Under the pieces are notes generated by a model. It searched no databases and was not told where the DNA came from. It saw only the letters and a list, made by a program, of their open reading frames with translations. From the NCBI GenBank assembly GCA_017540815.1, contig JAFYAI010000144.1, positions 67,705-131,704 of the forward strand: DNA of 64,000 nt, read 5' to 3'. Every line of letters starts with the position of its first letter. Position 1 is the stretch's first letter. Position numbers and translations under genes: made by a program. Source of the stretch: Spirochaetales bacterium (GTDB taxonomy: Bacteria > Spirochaetota > GWE2-31-10 > MWDO01). This document shows positions 58,061 to 64,000 of this stretch, one piece after another.

Positions 58061-59113
58061 TTATTTTTTCACCCTTACGATACTAAAATCATCCGTAGAG
58101 ATCTTCAATACAGTATCTGATTCATAACTATTCGTAGTATAGATATATTTTCCGATAATAATCATATTATCAATATCATACCAGATTTCCTTATCACTGT
58201 AATGGTTACGGAATTTATCCTGTATTTCTTTCTTGGGATAATCATAACGAATAATATCACTGCGTCCGGCAAGCATAATCAAATAATCATCAAAATCAAT
58301 TATTTCAGAAATCCAAACATCATCAATCCTGTCATAACGATTTTCAGAAATTTTAAATGGTATAAATGATTCGATCCTATACAAATTAGTAGCTGTCGGT
58401 TTATCACCATAATCTACCATACCGAATAATTCAGAAGAATAAATATATGTTACACTGTCTGAATACGGGATGCTTTTTACAATATCAACAGAAGTATCTT
58501 CCTGTTTTGTCCAATTATATAAATATTCTGATTCAGGCTGCTGTGCCGATTCGTAAGTCGGACTATAAGTAATATATTCGTCTCCAAAAGCATCAATTTT
58601 AAAAGATGTATATAAAAATTTATACGGCTGCTCGGCAACAGTATCAGAAGCATAATCATATCGGTATAAAGCTCCTTTACGACCTGTTTCCGGATGACCA
58701 TAATTATCCTGTATCATTAGTCCATCATTATCATAAACATTCAGAAAAACAGTGCTGGCATTACAGTAACTCTGTGTCCCGATGCGTCTTGACTTTCCTG
58801 TCGCTGGATCAAATTCCATAAGAATGTCTTCATCACCCCAAAACATAAAGTACGCTTTCTTTCTGCTTGGAATATATATGAAGTGATAAATAAAAGTTTC
58901 TCTGTAACCTAAATCATATTTTTTTACAATCGTATCATTTGATGTATCAACGCACAACATCTGAAATTTATTTTGATTAAAGAAAAACTGCATACTATCT
59001 GTTACCGATATTCCGTCGAATGTCGGGAATGTTCTCTTCATAGATGCTTGCTGACACCCCAAATATACAATAATTATAATTATAAACAAGAAAAATCGTA
59101 CTTTATGCAGCAT
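58061..59113 (-). CDS. hypothetical lipoprotein
   Basis: Signal peptide with LGCQQ lipobox. 350 aa, Tyr/Asp-rich. Confidence 0.55.
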   Translation of the reverse strand: MLHKVRFFLFIIIIIVYLGCQQASMKRTFPTFDGISVTDSMQFFFNQNKFQMLCVDTSNDTIVKKYDLGYRETFIYHFIYIPSRKKAYFMFWGDEDILMEFDPATGKSRRIGTQSYCNASTVFLNVYDNDGLMIQDNYGHPETGRKGALYRYDYASDTVAEQPYKFLYTSFKIDAFGDEYITYSPTYESAQQPESEYLYNWTKQEDTSVDIVKSIPYSDSVTYIYSSELFGMVDYGDKPTATNLYRIESFIPFKISENRYDRIDDVWISEIIDFDDYLIMLAGRSDIIRYDYPKKEIQDKFRNHYSDKEIWYDIDNMIIIGKYIYTTNSYESDTVLKISTDDFSIVRVKK

Positions 59114-59137
59114 TTATAATTCCTTTATAATAATCTC

Positions 59138-59338
59138 TTGACTCATCTGACTCAAAAAGAACAACAGCTTTTGGATATAATGTCTCAATATAAAATCACT
59201 AATACAAAGGACATCTTAGAGTATCTGCCGGATAATACTACAGAAAATGGAATTAACACTGCATTATCCCGATTAATGAAGAAATTCAATGCCAAAACCA
59301 GAGAAGAACTAATCACATTATATTCGGTAGCAGTCTGA
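59138..59338 (+). CDS. small stand-alone LuxR/GerE-type HTH protein (66 aa), paralogous to the C-terminus of 57034..58041
   Basis: LTQKEQQLLDIM...PDNTTENGINTALSRLMKKFNAKTREEL, nearly colinear with PDNATENSVNITLSRLMKNAKVTNREAL in the neighbouring gene. Confidence 0.5.
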   Translation: MTHLTQKEQQLLDIMSQYKITNTKDILEYLPDNTTENGINTALSRLMKKFNAKTREELITLYSVAV

Positions 59339-59403
59339 ACATTTACATCCGTTTTGTTTATATCCGATTAGTAACAATCAAAAGTCAACAGCCTGCCGGC
59401 CCA

Positions 59404-61497
59404 TCACTTCGTCAGTATCGGCCTCATTGAAGTCACCGAGATCCCGATCGTGCAGGAGTTATGCAGCACAGCCGCAAGTGTCGGCGGGATAACGCCGAGT
59501 ATGCCTCCGAAGAGCAGCAGCGAATTAACTCCGATGATGAATCGGCTGTTGGACTCCATCTTGGACAGCAGCCCCTGACCGAGACGCACGGTAGTAACGA
59601 GACTGTTCAGACCGTCACGGCTCAGATTAATATCCGCCGTATCACCGGCGATAGCACTGGCTCCGTCTACAGAGATGCCTACATCGGCGGCGGACAGTGC
59701 CGGAGCATCGTTAATGCCGTCTCCGATCATGATCACTGTTCGTCCGGCGGATTTCTCATCACTTACATATCTGACTTTATCTTCCGGCAGTGCCTGTGCA
59801 TAGTATTTGTCGATGCCTGCCTGTGCTGCGATCTTCTTAGCCGCTCCGACTGTATCTCCGGTTATCATAATAGTCTGCTCGACACCGAGACGCTTCAGTT
59901 CGGCTATGGCATTCGGGGCATCATCTCTGGCGGGATCTCCTATACCGATGATGCCGACCAGCTTACCATCGTAAGCCATATACAGCAGCGAGTTACCGAT
60001 CTGAGCTTCCTCGGTCTGGATGCGTTTCACATCATCGGTATACGGTATGCCCTCATCGTCGAATATGAAATGAGCACTGCCGATGCAGGTCTTCTTGCCG
60101 TCAATCGTCGAGGCGATGCCGTGAGCAACGATATACTCGACTTTGGTATGATACTCCGGATGGATAAGGTTGTCTTGCTTGGCAGCCTCAACTACAGCCC
60201 GCCCCAGCGGGTGGGGGAAGTGCTCCTCCAGACATGCGGCGAGAGTGAGCATCTGCTGCTCGTTGAATCCGTCGAATGCGTATATCTTATTGACAGTCGG
60301 TGCTGCATAAGTCAGCGTTCCTGTCTTGTCAAATATCACAGTATCTGCTTTGGCTGCCGCTTCAAGATATTTGCCGCCCTTGACACTGATGCCATTCTTA
60401 GCCGCTTCCTGCATAGCTGACAGCACTGAGATTGGAGCGGAGAGCTTAAGGGCACATGAGTAGTCCACCATAAGTGTAGACATTGTTTTGGTAACATTGC
60501 GTGTCAGCAGCCATGTCACTGCCGTCAGCAGGAAGTTAAGCGGGACTATCTTCTGTGCCAGATCTTCGGAGCGTTTCTGAGCCTGAGCTTTGAGATTCTG
60601 AGAGTTATCGATCATAGTAATGATATTGTTGACCTTGGTATCATTGCCGACAGACTTAACGGTCACGAACAGCTCACCTTCAGACAGCATAGTGCCTGCG
60701 AATACCGGAGCACCGGGCTTCTTCTCGACCGGCAGAGACTCTCCCGTGATACCTGCCTGATTAACCAGAGCCTCACCACGATCGACGATACCGTCCACGC
60801 AGATCTGAGAGCCTGTGCGGAAGACAACAGTATCACCCGGCTTAATCACATTCAGACTGACCTCAGTCTCGGTATCGCCATCGACTTTATGCACCTTGTC
60901 ATCCATACTCAGCAGCTGCCGAGCCAGATTGTCATAAGACTGTCGCTTGGTTATCTCCTCAATGTCCTCTCCCATTGACAGCAGCATATTGATATTGGAG
61001 GCTGTCTGATGATCACCTGTCAGCACAGCGGCAGTAAGAGCGGCGGCATCCAGCAGGTCAGTATTGAAGAATGTCCCGGTCAGGCTGCTGTATAATGCCT
61101 TAATCACTCTGGGGATCACATGACTAAGCATGATGAGCCGCCGTATCGGTAACGGGAGGAACCATTGTTTCATATAATGCACAGCCAGCCGCTGCACGAT
61201 CACACCGAATATACTCTGCTGCTCCGGCACGTCACGCACAGCCTGCAGCAGATTGTCATCATTGAGATATTTTTTGCCCAGAGCCTTGAAGAGACTAAGC
61301 AGCTGCTTCTGACTTAGGATATGCTCATCAAACAAAACAAGGAACGATCCGACATGCGGATTGACATCTATATCTGTTACTCCTTCCTGCACTGCGATGA
61401 GACTCGCAGCCAGCACTGCCTGTTTCTGAGTATAGGCAGACTTGTCATAGTGCAGCCTGATCCGTCCCGGTATATAATGATGTATAGTAATATTCAT
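59404..61497 (-). CDS. P-type ATPase, P1B-like (heavy-metal/cation-transporter family)
   Basis: DKTGTLT phosphorylation site, GDGINDAP, TGES-like actuator. N-terminal ferredoxin-like region without CxxC. Membrane motif is SCA rather than CPC. Start moved to MNITIHHY (ATG 61497) because a terminator hairpin lies at 61511-61548. Confidence 0.8.
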   Translation of the reverse strand: MNITIHHYIPGRIRLHYDKSAYTQKQAVLAASLIAVQEGVTDIDVNPHVGSFLVLFDEHILSQKQLLSLFKALGKKYLNDDNLLQAVRDVPEQQSIFGVIVQRLAVHYMKQWFLPLPIRRLIMLSHVIPRVIKALYSSLTGTFFNTDLLDAAALTAAVLTGDHQTASNINMLLSMGEDIEEITKRQSYDNLARQLLSMDDKVHKVDGDTETEVSLNVIKPGDTVVFRTGSQICVDGIVDRGEALVNQAGITGESLPVEKKPGAPVFAGTMLSEGELFVTVKSVGNDTKVNNIITMIDNSQNLKAQAQKRSEDLAQKIVPLNFLLTAVTWLLTRNVTKTMSTLMVDYSCALKLSAPISVLSAMQEAAKNGISVKGGKYLEAAAKADTVIFDKTGTLTYAAPTVNKIYAFDGFNEQQMLTLAACLEEHFPHPLGRAVVEAAKQDNLIHPEYHTKVEYIVAHGIASTIDGKKTCIGSAHFIFDDEGIPYTDDVKRIQTEEAQIGNSLLYMAYDGKLVGIIGIGDPARDDAPNAIAELKRLGVEQTIMITGDTVGAAKKIAAQAGIDKYYAQALPEDKVRYVSDEKSAGRTVIMIGDGINDAPALSAADVGISVDGASAIAGDTADINLSRDGLNSLVTTVRLGQGLLSKMESNSRFIIGVNSLLLFGGILGVIPPTLAAVLHNSCTIGISVTSMRPILTK

Positions 61498-61510
61498 GAG
61501 ATCCCCATCA

Positions 61511-61548
61511 AGAAAAAAAATCATTTGCCGTGCGATCGCACGGCAAAT
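61511..61548 (-). terminator. rho-independent terminator (atttgccgtgcgatcgcacggcaaat plus U8) between the small membrane-protein gene and the ATPase
   Basis: Perfect 11-bp stem palindrome followed by T8 on the minus strand. Confidence 0.65.
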
Positions 61549-61552
61549 ACTG

Positions 61553-61768
61553 TTATTTATCAGACTTTGACTCAGCAACCATATCCTGAGCGTCTTCTTT
61601 TACTGACTCAGCGAATGCTGCTGCGTCATTTTTGAGCTGCATACCCTGACTTACTACAGTCGCACATGCCTTCTTGAATGCGTCAGTCTTTGCAATGCTT
61701 ACGGCACATACTCCGGCTAAAGCACCTAATGCGAATACACCCCATTTGTCCATAATTATATCCTCCAA
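61553..61768 (-). CDS. small membrane protein (71 aa, one TM helix)
   Basis: WGVFALGALAGVCAVSIA hydrophobic helix. GGAGG RBS 10 nt upstream of the ATG. Confidence 0.45.
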   Translation of the reverse strand: MEDIIMDKWGVFALGALAGVCAVSIAKTDAFKKACATVVSQGMQLKNDAAAFAESVKEDAQDMVAESKSDK

Positions 61769-61853
61769 ATTTATTTTGTGTTAGATATTGCTAACTTAGT
61801 TAGACACCACTAACTATATCATAAATCAAATAATTTTGCAAGCGGAATAATAA

Positions 61854-61893
61854 CAAAAACAGATTTTTCTTACGAAAAATCTGTTTTTGTTAT
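61854..61893 (-). terminator. rho-independent terminator after the HD-hydrolase gene
   Basis: aacaaaaacagattttt-cttacg-aaaaatctgtttttgtt, 17-bp stem. Confidence 0.75.
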
Positions 61894-61906
61894 TCTGATT
61901 TTGTTG

Positions 61907-62512
61907 TTACTGATTGTCCATTATTTGATAAATCGACTCATTATATCCGTCAAGACTCTCAGGACATATATTGCGGTGCTTGTCGAGCAGATTTTGCAGC
62001 AGACTGGTATATGCAAGACCGAGTGCCTTGCCGAAGTTGTGTTCTTTCGTAATGACTTTGCGGATCTTGACAGCATCATGGAAATCCCTCAACGGTTCAA
62101 TGAAGTCAGCCAAGAATGTCCACTTCGCAAGATTATCCAAGCCTGCACCGCCCGTCGTGTGATGTGCTATCGCTGTCAGTATAGATTTATCATCAACGCC
62201 ATACTCTGTATATAGCAGCTCCGAAGCAGCAACGCCGTGCAGCAGAGAAGGATTGTTCACTTTGTAGTCAAAATAATCTATAGTATATATACCGCGTTCT
62301 TTCATAGATCTGGACAGACGCACCATCTCTTCCAAAGGCAGATCTTTCGCCAAGTCGTGATATGTTCCGGCGATATATGCTGTCTTAGGATCAACAGCCG
62401 CAACATCAGCATACTGCTCCATGAACAAACCCGTCGAAACGGAATGTGCAATCCGCTTTGAGTTAGTCAAATATTTCGTAAGGATTTCATTTGGATCTAT
62501 CGACTCTATCAT
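61907..62512 (-). CDS. HD-domain phosphohydrolase, YqeK-like
   Basis: H...HD metal-binding motif (TYHDLAKD), about 200 aa. Start chosen at MIESID (ATG 62512), immediately after the upstream stop. Confidence 0.7.
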   Translation of the reverse strand: MIESIDPNEILTKYLTNSKRIAHSVSTGLFMEQYADVAAVDPKTAYIAGTYHDLAKDLPLEEMVRLSRSMKERGIYTIDYFDYKVNNPSLLHGVAASELLYTEYGVDDKSILTAIAHHTTGGAGLDNLAKWTFLADFIEPLRDFHDAVKIRKVITKEHNFGKALGLAYTSLLQNLLDKHRNICPESLDGYNESIYQIMDNQ

Positions 62513-62513
62513 A

Positions 62514-62948
62514 TCAGTTCCCCGACAACTGGCGGTATATCTGTGGAGCAATACCCGTTCCGGAATTCTTAGCCATCATAGAGGCATATTCATCATAGAG
62601 GAAGTCGGTAAATATCTCCTCTGCCTGTCCGCCATCGAATAATTTATATTGATTGATTGTTTTCTTCATCGTGTTAAGGACCTGTTTCCACAGCAGCGCT
62701 TCCATCTCCACGCAGGAGCCGTAGAGTTTCTTCTCCTGCTTATTGAGCCTGTTCTCATTCATCTGACCATTATTGTATATCTTCTCTTCAAGCAGTGTCT
62801 GGAATGAGCGTATGCCGGCATTACCGTTTTTTTTAGCAGATGATATGCCTGACCGTATGTCACTCATCGCATTCAATCCGGCTGCTCCCTGATAGTTGGT
62901 TATCCCTGTTAAAGCATTTGCCATATTTGTCTCCTTATTATAATACAA
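62514..62948 (-). CDS. flagellar rod-binding protein (FlgJ N-terminal-domain-like)
   Basis: 144 aa. SCVEMEALLWKQVLNTMKK matches the Rod_binding core (fE.lfl..mlk.M). Confidence 0.6.
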   Translation of the reverse strand: MYYNKETNMANALTGITNYQGAAGLNAMSDIRSGISSAKKNGNAGIRSFQTLLEEKIYNNGQMNENRLNKQEKKLYGSCVEMEALLWKQVLNTMKKTINQYKLFDGGQAEEIFTDFLYDEYASMMAKNSGTGIAPQIYRQLSGN

Positions 62949-63159
62949 GTATATTGTCGGATTTTATTTGATTTGTTTTATATTTTATCACTGCAAAATT
63001 TTCCTTGCAAATTTATTATTTTTTGCATATAATATTTTCCAAGGAATTATTATTATGAACAAAATTATAAAAGCATTTATCGGAATTTTATTTTTTACGG
63101 CAATTTGCTCATGCAGTAAAGGGAGCAGCATCGCAGCGACTCAGCCGGAAGGAAGATCT

Positions 63160-63711
63160 ATGAAACTGTTGGTAACTTATGTACTCGAAGAAGAGAAAGT
63201 CAATGTGCCTTTTGACGGTGAAGTCATCTATCTGCGGACAGGTATGGCTAAGATGAAAACATCCGTATCTGTTACTGAGGCAGTCCTGCAGTATAAGCCG
63301 GATATGGTCCTCAATATCGGCACAGTCGGGACATTCCGACATAAAGTCGGCGATGTGCTGGTCTGCCGCAAATTCAAAGACCGGGATATAGCGAAAGTCG
63401 CCATCTCAGGATTGACCAGCTATATCGATATGAGCAATGATGACCTGAGCGGCATAATGCCCAAACTTGCTGGAGAGCCGATCTATGAATGCAGCACCGG
63501 CGACTCATTCGTAACAAGTCCCGATGAGATGGACTCAGATGTCTGCGATATGGAGGCATTCTGCATAGCATATATCTGCCGCAAATATCATATCCCGTTC
63601 GCGTCTGTCAAAGTCGTCACTGATATAGTCGGCTCCAACTCGGTTAAACATTGGGAAGATGCCATCCGCGATGCCACGGCAAAACTGCAGGAGTGGTTCA
63701 ACAAGCAGTGA
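63160..63711 (+). CDS. MTA/SAH-nucleosidase-like (PNP/UDP phosphorylase family) protein
   Basis: MKLLVTYVLEEE...VLNIGTVGTF...C.STGDSFVTSPDE...DMEAFCIAY pattern. GGAAGGA RBS before 63160. An in-frame upstream ATG at 63055 would add a lipoprotein-like signal peptide. Confidence 0.65.
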   Translation: MKLLVTYVLEEEKVNVPFDGEVIYLRTGMAKMKTSVSVTEAVLQYKPDMVLNIGTVGTFRHKVGDVLVCRKFKDRDIAKVAISGLTSYIDMSNDDLSGIMPKLAGEPIYECSTGDSFVTSPDEMDSDVCDMEAFCIAYICRKYHIPFASVKVVTDIVGSNSVKHWEDAIRDATAKLQEWFNKQ

Positions 63712-63722
63712 CAGATTTATTT

Positions 63723-63808
63723 GAGACTGCTGAAAAAGTCACGGTCATGCTGAATCAAGTTCAGGGTGACACTATGATTTTGACTTTTTCAGCAGTCTCT
63801 TTTTTTTC
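63723..63808 (+). terminator. long-stem terminator (19-bp arms gagactgctgaaaaagtca / tgactttttcagcagtctc) followed by T8
   Basis: Seen directly downstream of 63160..63711. Confidence 0.6.
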
Positions 63809-63898
63809 TCCTGATTTTTTATCTAAAATAATTCTTGACAATTCTTAATTATTAGTGTAAAAGTATATCGATAGATAATATATTTCTTGGAGAACTTT

Positions 63899-64000
63899 AT
63901 GAACAGCAAGCAACGCTGCGTTCCAATTTCTGCAAAATTGGTCGCGTTTATTGTTGGCGGGATTATTATAGCCGGAGTCATCGTCAGCATCATTTCCATT
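63899..64000 (+). CDS. N-terminal fragment of a membrane protein; the gene continues beyond the window
   Basis: MNSKQRCVPISAKLVAFIVGGIIIAGVIVSIISI, hydrophobic helix. Confidence 0.3.
   Translation, partial: MNSKQRCVPISAKLVAFIVGGIIIAGVIVSIISI

Noticed and set aside
27717-59113. Possible paralogy among the three ~340-aa lipoproteins (27717, 55839, 58061)
   Set aside because: Similar size and Tyr/Asp/Asn-rich composition, but I could not find colinear conserved blocks by eye. Not asserted.
63055-63159. Lipoprotein-type signal peptide on the MTA/SAH-nucleosidase-like protein if translation starts at 63055
   Set aside because: A much better RBS (GGAAGGA) precedes the downstream ATG at 63160, and cytoplasmic nucleosidases start with MK(L/I).. 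there. The upstream start was kept only as a note.
1-64000. CRISPR arrays, tRNA or rRNA genes, transposases and integrases
   Set aside because: I scanned intergenic regions of 60 nt or more and repeat-containing segments. All repeats found are coding-embedded or simple direct/inverted repeats. No tRNA-like GC-rich cloverleaf segments and no recognisable transposase or integrase ORFs were found.

Overview
The window is a 64 kb chromosomal segment, most plausibly spirochaete (Treponema-like). The evidence is a CheX phosphatase, a FlgJ-type rod-binding protein, a short (~596 aa) AlaRS lacking the C-Ala domain, a type III glutamine synthetase and three class III adenylate cyclases with 7TMR-DISM or propeller sensors. 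Almost everything is on the minus strand in long operons.

Housekeeping content: argF-like OTC, radA, truA, glgA, cheX, pyrBI, gltBD with a divergent LysR (GltC-like) regulator, carAB, purF, asnB, glnA (GSIII), purA, alaS, a P1B-like P-type ATPase, an HD/YqeK hydrolase and an MTA/SAH-nucleosidase-like protein.

Five things stand out:
1. A 16-17 nt motif (AAATACTATTATTATT) is conserved 60-75 bp upstream of three nitrogen-assimilation transcription units (gltBD, asnB-purF-carAB, glnA).
2. A pyrL-like leader peptide and attenuator precede pyrBI.
3. A 24-bp perfect palindrome overlaps the alaS promoter.
4. A tandem pair of giant poly-acidic proteins (about 2000 aa, roughly 40% Asp/Glu) is co-operonic with a DUF115/MptE-like protein. 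One of the pair carries a GAF domain and a degenerate GGDEF (GGDSF) domain and is studded with a recurring ~30-nt coding element.
5. An AT-rich accessory island lies between gltBD/lysR and carAB. It encodes a GNAT, a Schlafen/AlbA_2-HATPase_c_4 protein with a 12-bp VNTR, three translationally coupled membrane proteins (DUF3592-like) and two non-catalytic FGE-sulfatase-domain proteins, with duplications and direct repeats.

No rRNA, tRNA, CRISPR array or transposase was recognised.
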